A DNA stretch of 64,000 bases, from contig CDRNVI010000049.1 in the NCBI GenBank assembly GCA_977017575.1, forward strand, positions 62,001-126,000, read 5' to 3'. The translations under genes and the position numbers were made by a program. The notes beneath the pieces are model-generated. The model saw only the letters and a program-made list of their open reading frames with translations, had not been told where the DNA came from and searched no databases. Source of the stretch: Paramoeba atlantica. Lineage: Eukaryota > Protista > Discosea. Shown here piece after piece: positions 43,696-55,020 of this stretch. Each line of letters opens with the position of its first letter. Position 1 is the first letter of the stretch.

Positions 43696-45400
43696 GCACA
43701 TTGATAATGCATAGTTACTGCACATTGATAATGCATAACGTGCCGCACATTGATAATGCATATAGCACATTGATAATGCATACAGCACATTGATAATGCA
43801 TATAGCACATTGATAATGCATATAGCACATTGATAGTGCATACTAAGCGGCACATTGATATTGCATAGTTACTGCACATTGATAATGCACACAGGGGGGA
43901 TCACCAATATCGGGACACCCGCCGTTTTTGTGCCATGTGTCCGTTTCACCTGATTTTTGTTGCAAAAGGGAGATTTCGACGCGAATATAATCGGAACGAC
44001 ATTTTGCGCCTATTTAAACACACTTGCAAAAAATGGTATAAAAAAAATAGAAAAAATCTCCAAAAAATATGCAAATTTATGTAAAAATTGTGCAAATCCC
44101 GTTAAAATTGTCTATTAAAGGACACATTTCTCTTTTATTAAGTTCCAAATGGGAAAACGACATAGATTAAACTTCCGTCATGTATCCCCCGAGCATGCAT
44201 CCTACGGCACACGGATTGTGAGCGCGCACGAAGTGCATCAAGGCAAGTCTATGAGGGAAACAGCATGTTTGATGAATTGCGGAAAGAGCAGTGTTCATCG
44301 CTATGTTGAGCGATTTGCCAAAACAGGTGATGTGCAACGGAAAAACTACGTACGTAGTCCAACGGTTATCACAGACGAGTTTAAGCAAACGCTTGTTACT
44401 CTTGTAGAGAGTAAACGTAGTAACCCGTACGGGTGTCCGGGATTTAAATGGGTGTACAAAAGACTTGATCGAAACCTCTACCCCTGCGGTCTCATGACTG
44501 TGAAACGAGCCTTGAAAAAGATGGGGTACGTCATGAAGACGATGATTCGAAAGCCTGTACTAACTCCTTTACATAAGGAAGTCGAGATCTCTCTTTTGCA
44601 ACAAAAATCAGGTGAAACGGACACATGGCACAAAAATGGCGGGTGTCCCGATATTGGTGATCCCCCCTGTATAGCACATTGATAATGCATATAGCACATT
44701 GATAATGCATACAGCACATTGATAATGCATACAGCACATTGATGATGCATTATTTGGAAATTGAAGGTGTTTTCAAGAAATAGTGAACACTCGTCTCTGC
44801 TCCCGGTGAGGCCCCGGAGTTGCGAGAGGCCTCCATACCCCACAACTACCACCTTCCCCCCCTATTTAGCGGGGGACGCGCGAGCGACCCCTGATAAATG
44901 GGGGGAAGGTGGTAGTTGTTTTGGGGAATATGAGAACGCACGGAGGGGCCGGCCGGGCCAATGAACCCAGACACCATACCCAACCCCTAGCGAAGCCTAG
45001 GCCTTGTTTACCCGTTTGCAAGACAAGAATGTGTGTCGTTCGAAGCAATTTGCGAAGTCGAAAGGCTGTGTGATATTAGTGTAACGCGCATAAGTACATG
45101 CCCGTGTATATAAAGGACGCACATTTATGGATAAGAATCGGATGTCTTTGTCACTCTTATCAATGTGTTACATATATGCATTATCGACGTATATGCATTA
45201 TCGAGATATATGCATTATCGACGTATATGCATTATCAATGTGCCGCTTAATATGCATTATCAATATGCCGCTTAGTATGCATTATCAATGTGCTATATGC
45301 ATTATCAATGTGCTATATGCCATATCAATGTGCTATATGCCATATCAATGTGCTATATGCATTATCAATGTGCCGCTTAGTATGCATTATCAATGTGCGG
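43696..45400. repeat. Opposed arrays of a roughly 20-bp minisatellite GCACATTGATAATGCATA(TA/CA): + at 43696-43890 and 44672-44750, - at about 45160-45400
   Basis: Direct reading; foldback-like arrangement enclosing a Tc1 element and the palindromic module. Confidence 0.85.
43892..44669 (+). mobile_element. Internally deleted Tc1/mariner element (778 bp) inserted in the minisatellite
   Basis: TIRs of about 90 bp CAGGGGGGATCACCAATATCGGGACACCCGCC...; internal ORF from 44149 with ETACLMNCGKSSVHRYV and TVKRALKKMGY..RKPVLTPLHK (Tc1 DNA-binding region). Confidence 0.9.
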
Positions 45401-45789
45401 GCGCCTCCCCCTGGACCCCCCCATGGATCCCCCCCATGGACACCCCATTTTTTACAATTTTTTTTTCAATTTTGGACCACCGGGGCCCCCCTTTATATTT
45501 TTTTCTTCTATTATATTACTGTGTTCCTCTTTATATTTTCACTGTTTTTGTTCACTTTTTTTTCAATAATCGAGGGTAGAGCGGTAGTTTTACAACCACC
45601 GCAATGCATATTAGCACACTGATAATGCTTATAGGCACACTGATAATGAATAAAACTCGCACACTGATAATGCATAGTAATATGCAACCACCGCTAGTAG
45701 TATACAACCACCGCAATTACTGTGTACCTCTTTATATTTTCACTGTCTTTGTTCACTTTTTTTGCAATAATCGAGGGTAGACTAAACTA

Positions 45790-46553
45790 CAGGGGGGTTC
45801 AGCTTGATCTGGGGGGGTCTAAAATTTTTAATACTTGGCCAATTTTGGAAAATGATAGCGCATTCGAGAGCTCTCACATAACCCTCTGGTGGATATCGTT
45901 TCCCGTGAAATTAGCAGTATCGTAAAATGGTAAGAGGACCAAAAACGTCAATTGCAAGTTTTTTAAGAAATTTCACCTTTTTGGCATAAAATTGAGCAGA
46001 CGAACCTAGTACCCACAGTGTCCCCCTCCTTTTCTATAACAATCCTCATTCTGTTTGGCACACTTTTTAATGTGCGTTCAACGAAACGAACTTCACTAAG
46101 CAGCTCATTGTACGAAGCTGTGGTGGATTCTTTCAATAAATCACAGTTCAGTGGATTTTTTCTGCACTTTATGACATCCATCATTAACCATAAATTTTAG
46201 ATAGGAGTCATATCTGGAGTTTTGGGTGGCCATTCCAGCATTCTGACCCCGTTATTCTTGAAAATGTGCACCCTTCGAAAATGCACCCTTCGTTGTGGCA
46301 TGAGTGATCAATAAATGGGGAAAAAACAGGAAAAATCCAAAAGCGAAAATAGAAAATGCAATATTTGCAACACAAAAAAAATATTTTTTTTTGACGAAAT
46401 GCGTTTTGCGTAAAAATGCGGGAAACGATATACACAATATGGTGTATATACCACCAGAGGGCTATGTGAGAGCTCTCGAATGCGCTATTATTTTCTAAAA
46501 TTGGCCAAGTTATATGAATTTTAGACCCCCCCAGATGTAGCTGATCCCCCCTG
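45790..46553 (-). mobile_element. Internally deleted Tc1/mariner element (764 bp)
   Basis: TIRs of about 115 bp CAGGGGGG(T/A)TCAGCT..ATCTGGGGGGGTCTAAAATT; TA flanks; C-terminal fragment TLKSVPNRMRIVIEKEGD on the minus strand. Confidence 0.88.
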
Positions 46554-46693
46554 TATATTTATAACGTCTTTGGGACCCTTGGTAAGTAACGCGTGATTTT
46601 AGCGCGTTGTAAGTAAATTTTAGCGCATTTTACTATAGTCTTCTGTTCCAACAGTTTTTTTTTAAAACCCTCGCCGCTGACTTACTCTACCCC

Positions 46694-47308
46694 ATGCCTG
46701 CTGCGAGGATCCAGCCCCAAAACCTGCTCACGCGCTATGCCAATCTCTTCCGTCACTATCCCATTCGTATGAATATGGTCAACGGGGGAATCATCATGGG
46801 CGTCGGGGATGCTACCGTACAATATATCGAGCGTAACCGCGACCTCACAAACTCATCCAACAGCGGACACAGTTTTCGTCGTAGTGCTGTGATGGTCTCG
46901 TATAACATGTTTCTGTCCTGTCCCTACTGGCTGGGCTTCTTTCGCATGCTCGACGGTCGTTGGCCCGTGGACACGTTTCGCGCAAGTCTTAAAAAGTCAC
47001 TCATGTGCTGGGCGTTCGGTGGCACGACCTCCAGTCTGCTGTTTGTCACCTATAGCACCTCTCTGGAGTATTACTGCATGCCGCAGAGGTCGTCGGGAGG
47101 GAAAGTGCAGGAGCCTTTCTCGCTCTATGAGACGCTGCAGAAAGATTTTCGAGCCAAACTACCCGCCTTGGTGACAGGTGCGGGGTTGTTTTGGATTCCC
47201 AACAACACGTTGTTGTTTTATTGTATGCCCCGACACCTTAGACTGCTCTTCGGTAACACCGTAAGTGTGTTTTGGAGTAGCTTTATGAGTTGGATACAGC
47301 ATAAATAG
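46694..47308 (+). CDS. Mpv17/PMP22 family membrane protein
   Basis: GGIIMGVGDATVQ, hydrophobic helices, FWIPNNTLLFYCMPRHLRLLFGNTVSVFWSSFMS. Confidence 0.9.
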   Translation: MPAARIQPQNLLTRYANLFRHYPIRMNMVNGGIIMGVGDATVQYIERNRDLTNSSNSGHSFRRSAVMVSYNMFLSCPYWLGFFRMLDGRWPVDTFRASLKKSLMCWAFGGTTSSLLFVTYSTSLEYYCMPQRSSGGKVQEPFSLYETLQKDFRAKLPALVTGAGLFWIPNNTLLFYCMPRHLRLLFGNTVSVFWSSFMSWIQHK

Positions 47309-47609
47309 AGCTAGACACAAAGCGTAAGTAAGACACACAGTATAAGTAGAGCTAGACACCCTTTTTTCTATTTTTTTTTTCTTTTTCTTTTGAAAGTAAT
47401 TGTCCTTAAACATTCTTACGTCTTTGTGCTTGTACTTTTGACTGAAAGTTCAAAAAGAAAATTTCAAGCAATGTTACAAGTTGCTTTAAACCCCCATATG
47501 GACACATGTAGAGATACATTGGCCACTATGGTGGATAAAATCTTACCTCTTTTCTTCGATTATAGCTTTGTTCTCTAGCCTCTCTCTGCCTCTCTCTCAC
47601 TCCCCTCCC

Positions 47610-48176
47610 ATGGAGGTCAACGAGGCCATATGGAAAGCTCAGGAAGATGTCCATCGACTCCAGGACGAGCATGAACAAGAGTTGATGCAGCTGGAACAAA
47701 AAATGTGGAATGAGATCCAACCCGCTTTGGACCAGCGCGACACCCTGGTGGGAAAAGAGTTCCCCTCCCCTGGGGAGTTCTGGTGGCGTGTGATGACACA
47801 TCCCAGCTCGCCGATGTTTGAACACGTCGACAACGCAGACGAGCGTTTCTTTCGAGCGCTCACCGATGTGAAACTCACCGCCCATGGCAATTTTATGAAA
47901 CTTACCTTTCGGCTCTCTGCGAATCCCTTTGTACAGGATGGGGAGCTCTGGCGTGTGGGGCGATTTACCGACCCGGAAGTGGTCCCGGATAAACTCTTCA
48001 GCGGGGTAAACTGGAAGGATGGCACCGAGAAGATGCGTGAGAGCAGCTTTTTAAACTTTTTTTGTGAAAAAGCAGATGAGGATCAGGTCGGGGAGGTCTT
48101 TGAAGCGCTGTGCAATGATGTGTATCGCAGTCCGTTGAAGTATTTGAGTTCAGGGGCGGTTCCGATTGCGCTTTGA
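47610..48176 (+). CDS. NAP/SET-family histone chaperone
   Basis: N-terminal helix, then EFWWRVM, KLTFRLSANPFV, SGVNWKDG, SSFLNFF, CNDVYRSPLKYL; start MEVNEA follows a pyrimidine tract. Confidence 0.85.
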   Translation: MEVNEAIWKAQEDVHRLQDEHEQELMQLEQKMWNEIQPALDQRDTLVGKEFPSPGEFWWRVMTHPSSPMFEHVDNADERFFRALTDVKLTAHGNFMKLTFRLSANPFVQDGELWRVGRFTDPEVVPDKLFSGVNWKDGTEKMRESSFLNFFCEKADEDQVGEVFEALCNDVYRSPLKYLSSGAVPIAL

Positions 48177-48626
48177 TGGTTGAGGTTGCGGTTTTGCACC
48201 GTTAGGTTTTACTTCGAAAAATACGGTTAATAAGTTGGGTGCCAACGTAGCTTGGGACCCCCACATACTATGATCTCCATCACAGTGAGGTAAAGATTTT
48301 GTTTTCTTCTAAAAAACATTCAACATTTCAGGGAAACTCATCGTTCTTTCTGAACATCGTTCACAACGTTATTCATTGTCTGGACGTAAAACTTAAAAAA
48401 ATGTCGTTGACTTGTCATTCTCATAAAAAAAGATACCTTAAGTCCTCCGACTGCGCATGTGGCTATACGCGTACATGTACTACTTCGTTGTTTAACACAT
48501 CGCCAAACAAAATGTTGTACAGAGAAGGTTAACCATTTTTAATTAATTTATTTTTTTTATTCGTACGGAAATAAAGTGGAAATAGAGTGCACATTTTTAG
48601 ATTGTATGATCAGATAGTAATACATA

Positions 48627-50567
48627 ATGTCCAATGAGCAAGATGGTTTTGCTACCGAGGTGCAAAGCAAAATTCGGGCTTACGATGCGTTGTATTTTAA
48701 AGACGATGCCGACTTTTGGCGAGAAATGATTGGTGTGTCATCAAAAGGTATTTTTGCAAAATCGGCTGTTTTGGCAAATGAGTTGGCCGCCTGTAAAGCG
48801 CTTGAGAAAATATCATTGTCGAAGGGCTCAGGAGAGTATCTTACGAAGTCTTCAAACAACCCTTATGTTTGCGTTCAAGCAGAGTTGAAGCATATCATTC
48901 AAATCTATCAAAGCACATTGAATATGATTCACACAGGGAACGCTGCGGCGCAGATATCGCTCTTCCTGAACTCTGTTTCAGAAAAAGAATGTGTAAAAGA
49001 GATTTTTAGTACTCTTTTTCCCGACGAGTTTCGTTCTTTCGAGTGGTACCAATGTGTGCTCCTTGCAGGGACAGTTTACTGTCATCTGCAAGAGTGGGAT
49101 GTAGTAGCAAGATTGCTTGATCTAGCGCAATCTGATTTGGAATACGAGAATCAACCAACTCGTGTTAGCGAATACAGCACTGAAATGCGCGGTCGATTCC
49201 AATTCCTCCAAGGGAGGATATATGAACGCACCCTTCAATTGGAAAAGGCAACTGATGAGTACTTTTTTTGTCTGTTGCTTGATCCTTTTTGCTTTTCCGC
49301 GTACCAAAGGATGCGCAAAGGAACTTTGTTGAGCGTGAAAGATCTATCGACAAGGTTATCTGTGCTCCCGCACAACCTGCTTCAAACTCTTTACAAGTCT
49401 CTACTGTATCACGAAGATGAGTTCCAGGTACGTAGTCACCCAGCAATAAAACATGTTTCTGAAATTCTATATCCTTCCAGAGGCACTTCCTTGTTCTCAC
49501 GTACTAAAGCTCTTAGTCAATTTCATTTAGCTAACTTTTTCCTTCGGCGGTCACGAGTCTGTGATGCTTACGATATTCTTCGTAAGTTATCACTTTCAGA
49601 GGAAACGTCAATCTTTTGGCCAGAGTACGTTCTAACCTTTGCTTCATTGCTTTGTAATATGCGCAGACAAAGCGAGGTGCAGTCATTGCTCGATCTCTCG
49701 TTTCAACGAAACAATGTATGTTATCCGTATATAAAAGGTTGTCTCTGTTATTTGCGAAACGAACATGAAAGGGCAAAAAGATATTTCTCTGAAATGCTGG
49801 ACGAAAATCCACGTAATCTGGCCACTCATATTGCCGCAGCTCATTGTGTGCAATCACTGGACGGTGCGGATCTGTCCGGAAAGTCCTATCGCGCGATCAT
49901 ACAAATGTTCCCCTGCTCACCTTGGGGATATTTCTACACTGGCATGTGTTACAATGAGGTCCAGTCGTGGTCGCTAGCTCGTGTGTATCTTCGTCAAGCT
50001 CTGGAATACGATCCGAACAATCCTGAATTTTTAAATGAGCTCGGGGTCTGCGAATTTCAATTAGGAAATATCTCTCAGTCGTGTCAGTACTTATCCATCG
50101 CTGCAGGTTTATTTCCGTATAGATATGATGCAATTCGCGAGTCTCATTGTGCTCATCGCACAATAGAGAGCGAGGAAGTTGTCGCATCCTTTTTAACCTC
50201 TGAGTGGCCCCCCCCTGAGGTAAAGCAAGCCTGGGAACCGATTTGGTACAACTATGCGACTGTTTTACGTCGTCAAAAGAGGTATGATGAGGCGATACAG
50301 TATTTCCAATATTGTCTTGGCGTCCCTTACCCTCAAGCGTTCGCCGGGATTGCTTTTGCCTATCACATTTCAGGAAATTTGGTTCCCGCACTGGAATACT
50401 ATCGGAAGGCAATGGGGCGAGAGGAGAACCTTGATTTCGTGCTGAACATGATGCATATTGCGATCGTACAGGTGAATGAGCAAGAAGAAAGGGCAGTAGT
50501 GGAATCACCGGATCATCTGAGAGAAGCTCAAGATAAAGCTGCGGTTGAAGTTGGGCGTTTTAAGTAA
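48627..50567 (+). CDS. CDC16: TPR protein, APC/C subunit Cdc16/APC6-like
   Basis: LDPFCFSAY, YRAIIQMFP..FYTGMCY, FLNELGV, WEPIWYNYATVLRRQKRYDEAI, GIAFAYHISGN. Confidence 0.8.
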   Translation: MSNEQDGFATEVQSKIRAYDALYFKDDADFWREMIGVSSKGIFAKSAVLANELAACKALEKISLSKGSGEYLTKSSNNPYVCVQAELKHIIQIYQSTLNMIHTGNAAAQISLFLNSVSEKECVKEIFSTLFPDEFRSFEWYQCVLLAGTVYCHLQEWDVVARLLDLAQSDLEYENQPTRVSEYSTEMRGRFQFLQGRIYERTLQLEKATDEYFFCLLLDPFCFSAYQRMRKGTLLSVKDLSTRLSVLPHNLLQTLYKSLLYHEDEFQVRSHPAIKHVSEILYPSRGTSLFSRTKALSQFHLANFFLRRSRVCDAYDILRKLSLSEETSIFWPEYVLTFASLLCNMRRQSEVQSLLDLSFQRNNVCYPYIKGCLCYLRNEHERAKRYFSEMLDENPRNLATHIAAAHCVQSLDGADLSGKSYRAIIQMFPCSPWGYFYTGMCYNEVQSWSLARVYLRQALEYDPNNPEFLNELGVCEFQLGNISQSCQYLSIAAGLFPYRYDAIRESHCAHRTIESEEVVASFLTSEWPPPEVKQAWEPIWYNYATVLRRQKRYDEAIQYFQYCLGVPYPQAFAGIAFAYHISGNLVPALEYYRKAMGREENLDFVLNMMHIAIVQVNEQEERAVVESPDHLREAQDKAAVEVGRFK

Positions 50568-50806
50568 CGCTTTTCGCTTTCTTTTTACCGCCATGGTAAC
50601 ATCAGAATCTCCTCATAAGAGAATTTATGAGCAAGTTCGTTGTGATACCCATTAAAATTTACCCCTTGATTCGACCTTACAAACCTAAATCGGTATAATA
50701 TTTTTTGGCTGTAAAGAATATTTTGAAAGTTGTATGCAATGGCAAGATTTGAAAACCTTTACGCAGTGTCGTAATACGTAAACTACACAAATATTCATTT
50801 ACTAGA

Positions 50807-52324
50807 ATGGGTGATCATTCTGCTGATTCCAGTGAAGACGTCAGCCGTAGGATCCCAATGCATATCTCAGACGAACTGGATGAGAATTTGCAAGTTTGTG
50901 TATCGGAACTTGAGCTTTCTTCAAGAGCCAAAGAATTATATGAATCACTGGCACGGATGATGTCGGATTCCTCCACCTCAGGTGACGTCAAGGAATTAGC
51001 TCAGGCATTAAAGGATCAATGGTCCGAACAGAATGAAGACGCGACGGATTTCGAGGTAGAAGAGTTTTTGTATGACCTTGCAAAGGCGCTGGATGAATAT
51101 GAGTTGAGGAATTTCTCTGCAGAGGAGCGAGTTCTTCACGAAAATCAAATCGGGTTACATTCTAAGGCTCTCATGGAAGATTTTACAAGAGAAGAAACAA
51201 GTCACACAAGACGTAGCGTAAAGAAGAGGAAACGAAATAAAACTGAAGATACGATGGAATCAAGTCTTATAAATCCCGAAAATATAGGACTTGGCGAAGA
51301 AAACAGTAGCATTCCGGAGACACAGGATCTCCCGCTCACAGAGGATATGTATCCAAATTTTGCACCCGCATCCGCATGCAAGATAGAGGAGCTCTCCGGA
51401 ATCACACTTGGAGCTCGCACTCTTCGCCACCATCTCTTACGCCCCACATCATGGGAGCATATGAAAAACATGTATGTGCGTGTGCGGCATACTCACGGTT
51501 ATACTCTCATGTTAATTCTCGACATTACGGAGTTATCTCAGCCGTACACCTATGGGGCAACGCAACAAATTGTTGCCATAAACGCACTAAGCGTGAAACG
51601 CGTTAAACATGAGATCCACCTTACAGTCGTAAGCAATACGCCTCCTAAAAAAGAAGAGTACGAAGAGGCGAAAAACGCAGGACTCATTCCCGATTTCTAC
51701 ACCATGAAGGAGCTCTACGAAAACTGGACCAACGACGCGCTTAATCGACCGATGGACCGCGAAGCGGTCCGGTTAGCGCTGTTGCTGCAGCGACGCGCAG
51801 AGCAGTCGGAGCAGTCGCTCACCCCCTCTAAAGGTAACATTGTTGGAGAAAAAGTCTATCTTGACCGTCTTCTCGATATTACTCTTCCCCAGGAGGCGAA
51901 ACACAGCATTGAAAATCGTCTGTCTCAAACCGTATCGTCTTCCCAGGAGTTTGTTGCTCAGAGAACCTCCACGGTCCGCATGTATATTGACAAGACCAAT
52001 CGGAACAAGAAAGTGAACCAACGCCCCCCGGAGGTATGGGAGGCTGTGGCGAACACCGTGCATGCCCGAGGGGATGGGCGTAGCACCACATTCTGGGAGG
52101 ATTCGAATGACGCGACTTTGGAGACCCCAAGGGATACGGAGGAGATACCTCCAGAGGAGTCTGTGGCTGCCGCGCACCCGTTGTCCGCGGGAAGACGAAA
52201 TCTCACGGAAGATGTGCTTCGCGGCCTACCCATTCCCACTTTGGAACAACTGGAAGAGTGGAGAGCGGTTTTAAGGCAACGCAACGTGGGGGGCATACCC
52301 GCACAGACACCTGCTGAAGCATAG
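50807..52324 (+). CDS. RTF1: Plus3-domain protein, Rtf1-like
   Basis: ITLGARTLRHHLLRP..EHMKNMYVRV...YTLMLI...PYTY...IHLTVVSNTP; acidic N-terminus. Confidence 0.7.
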   Translation: MGDHSADSSEDVSRRIPMHISDELDENLQVCVSELELSSRAKELYESLARMMSDSSTSGDVKELAQALKDQWSEQNEDATDFEVEEFLYDLAKALDEYELRNFSAEERVLHENQIGLHSKALMEDFTREETSHTRRSVKKRKRNKTEDTMESSLINPENIGLGEENSSIPETQDLPLTEDMYPNFAPASACKIEELSGITLGARTLRHHLLRPTSWEHMKNMYVRVRHTHGYTLMLILDITELSQPYTYGATQQIVAINALSVKRVKHEIHLTVVSNTPPKKEEYEEAKNAGLIPDFYTMKELYENWTNDALNRPMDREAVRLALLLQRRAEQSEQSLTPSKGNIVGEKVYLDRLLDITLPQEAKHSIENRLSQTVSSSQEFVAQRTSTVRMYIDKTNRNKKVNQRPPEVWEAVANTVHARGDGRSTTFWEDSNDATLETPRDTEEIPPEESVAAAHPLSAGRRNLTEDVLRGLPIPTLEQLEEWRAVLRQRNVGGIPAQTPAEA

Positions 52325-52649
52325 AAATGCGGAATTGGAACGCTACGGGCTTTGTGCCTCGCATAATTTTTTATCACAAACTGTAACGGAGTTTATATCT
52401 ACAATTATGAAATCTATCCAGCTGAATCTACGTTATGACACATTGCATGGTGTCTGTATTGTAGAAAATATATACTGTATGTTTTCTAGAGAAGCTTTTG
52501 ATTCAGTATATTCGTCCACTTCTTTTGTTTTTTACTCATCTTTAGCTTTTACTTTTTACTCATTTCTGTCCTTTTTTGTTAATTATGATTGGATTTACTT
52601 AGCCATCGTTCCAGAGAGAAGGAAACTTCAGTTGCACACAGCATACTGC

Positions 52650-54500
52650 ATGAGCACTACATCTACTTGCGATGTAGACGTTTCATTCATTGAGAAAAGC
52701 ATTACTCGTGACCATCAGTTCAGAGAAATACTACTCCCATCGTCTAATGTTTTATTTACAGACCGTGCGCAAGAAAATCGTTTCGCACCTCCCCAGCATT
52801 ATTTTCGTTCGTATCCAATTAGTTTCGGACTTGAACCTTGCATAAGAAAGAGTGCGTTATGCGGAACTGCGCAAAGGGGCCCGAACATAACTTCTTTAGA
52901 GCAGAAGTGGTCTCCGAACGATTCGTCATCTTGTAGTCCATATAGTGCTTTAGGAGTCTCCAAATGTGAATCTCAACCTTGTGGAGAAGAAGTACCTCAA
53001 AGTGCTTCCGCTATGTTTGATTCCGTCACACCATTGGGTCCTTCAGACAAAATTCTTAGCGTTCCATCACCTAATCATTCTTCTGAAAAAGCAATCCTCT
53101 CCTCCCGCCTTTTGCACGCTCAAAATAAAACAGAAAAAAATATTATCGAAGAAGCCCCAATACGCAACAATAACGAAATTCTTATGCAGTGTCCAACACA
53201 ACCAGTTACTGGCGATCCCGAAGACGCTGTAGTCGTCGTCAAAGACGTAGCGCACATCAACGATGCATCTTTACCATGCAGTTCGAGCACTCTTCCTGAT
53301 GACACATGTCGAGCTGAGGACATGCCTGTGCTCAATATTGCGGAATGCACGACACACGATGAGTCAAATAAGGGTTACAAGTTGTCAAGTCAAGACAATA
53401 CAAATGAATCTTCGCATTTAACCTTGAAATCTGTCAACGACGCTGTGTCTAAAAGACCGAAAAAACGGGAAAAGCCGCGTTCCAAGCAAAAAATAAAATC
53501 CGAAAAACGAACCGACGACTCCCCTGAAGATTCTAACGAATGTTTAAAATATAACACAACAACCATGGAACGCTCACCGTCTATTTCAAGGAAACGTTCT
53601 AAGAATAAGGAATCCAAGGAGAAACCCCCTCGAAAGCCTCGAGTAAAAGCAAAAAAAATGCCCTCTTTGCGGGGGAAACAATCTAAGTTAGAGCGCGCTA
53701 TCGTAGGTACAACGAGTGGCATTTTGGACGAGGATATCTCGGACACAAGCCACAGCGAATTCTCACCTTCGGAACCATCCCAAGATAGTTCAGCGTCATC
53801 ATCTCTTGCTCATACTTCAATGGACAGTGCTTCCCATATCGGAACGTTTGAAAATAGTGGTCCTAGCGGATTTAAAAGCGACCACCTTCCTAAAGATTCC
53901 GCCGCAACAGTTCAACAGCCGTTTCGTCACGATAGCACGGCTGCAGCACCTGAAGCAAGAAATTTTGATTGCGATAAACCTTCTCCCATCAAACAAGATA
54001 CAAAGTCTTTAACTCCGGAAAGAAAAACACAGTTATCTGATCGTACGCCAAAGGTTTTGTCTGATCAGAAACCCAAATCTCGAGTAGAAAATTCGAATAA
54101 GAGGAAGGAGCGTTCTCACGATCGGCCTAAAATGGGGAGGAGCAAAGAAAATACTACAGAGTCTGCGGTGAAGTCCTACAAGGCGTTGCAGTGGAACACT
54201 GGGGTAAAAGATATCCCGTATCGCAAGGTGCTGAAAACCAAGGAAGGCTTCTCGACGACTGGAGAATGGGTTTCAGAAGATGTCGAAATCTGGGTCCATC
54301 AAAAAGAAAATGAAGTGGACGCTTCGATAGTCCTTCAATATCAGCGCAGCTCTCAGAAACCACTGAGCATGACGATTACAAAGGAAAGGAAACCAGTGAG
54401 GAATGAAAGTTCAATCCAAAAAGTGGCGGAAAAGAAAGAATCGAAAACCGCGGCGGACTCTCGTTCAAATGTCCCCCTAACTCGATGGTTCAAGAAATAA
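52650..54500 (+). CDS. Low-complexity protein with a POLD3/Cdc27-like C-terminus and PIP-box-like end
   Basis: RKVLKTKEGFSTTGEWVSEDVEIW and terminal NVPLTRWFKK. The ORF is open from 52335, but that upstream part is a pyrimidine tract. Confidence 0.5.
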   Translation: MSTTSTCDVDVSFIEKSITRDHQFREILLPSSNVLFTDRAQENRFAPPQHYFRSYPISFGLEPCIRKSALCGTAQRGPNITSLEQKWSPNDSSSCSPYSALGVSKCESQPCGEEVPQSASAMFDSVTPLGPSDKILSVPSPNHSSEKAILSSRLLHAQNKTEKNIIEEAPIRNNNEILMQCPTQPVTGDPEDAVVVVKDVAHINDASLPCSSSTLPDDTCRAEDMPVLNIAECTTHDESNKGYKLSSQDNTNESSHLTLKSVNDAVSKRPKKREKPRSKQKIKSEKRTDDSPEDSNECLKYNTTTMERSPSISRKRSKNKESKEKPPRKPRVKAKKMPSLRGKQSKLERAIVGTTSGILDEDISDTSHSEFSPSEPSQDSSASSSLAHTSMDSASHIGTFENSGPSGFKSDHLPKDSAATVQQPFRHDSTAAAPEARNFDCDKPSPIKQDTKSLTPERKTQLSDRTPKVLSDQKPKSRVENSNKRKERSHDRPKMGRSKENTTESAVKSYKALQWNTGVKDIPYRKVLKTKEGFSTTGEWVSEDVEIWVHQKENEVDASIVLQYQRSSQKPLSMTITKERKPVRNESSIQKVAEKKESKTAADSRSNVPLTRWFKK

Positions 54501-54793
54501 GACTGTGGCACTGTGCATCTATTAAACCGAAAGTTGTACTATCGAAATTCTCCGGTTTGATGAAATTCTTAAAAGTTCCCCAATCTTGCAATAAGTTCCT
54601 CGAATACCCTTATTGACAATAAGGGACGCAGCAGAAAAATTTAGGACGACAATATTCCTATAAATATCAATTTTTCTGTTTTTAAGCGTTGCTCACCGCC
54701 CGGCATTCTTTTTATTTACAGTGTTATATTTAATTACGGTATTATTTAATTACGCTTTTAAGGTTATTTTTGGCTAAAATTAATCTTCATTAA

Positions 54794-54905
54794 ATTAACC
54801 GTAATATATTCCACTCGTAAAATAATAATTCTTGAACAAAACTTTTTGAATAACGTTTTACTCGCCCAAGTCATTTTATAAATGCTTGTATTTCGTATGT
54901 AATAT
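54794..54905. repeat. Dispersed repeat with copies at about 58790-58950 and 59045-59090 (pogo 5' subterminal region)
   Basis: Shared AACCGTAATATA(T/A)TCCACTCGTA...TTGAACA.ACTTTTTGA.TAAC...CGCCCAAG.CATT. Confidence 0.75.
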
Positions 54906-55020
54906 AAATGCGTAGTTTTGCCAAATACTTTTTTACTAAACGCTTACTCGGTAATTACCCATCCTGTTTTCTATCAATCTACTAAATCTATTAAATACTT
55001 AATATTAAGTATTAATATTA

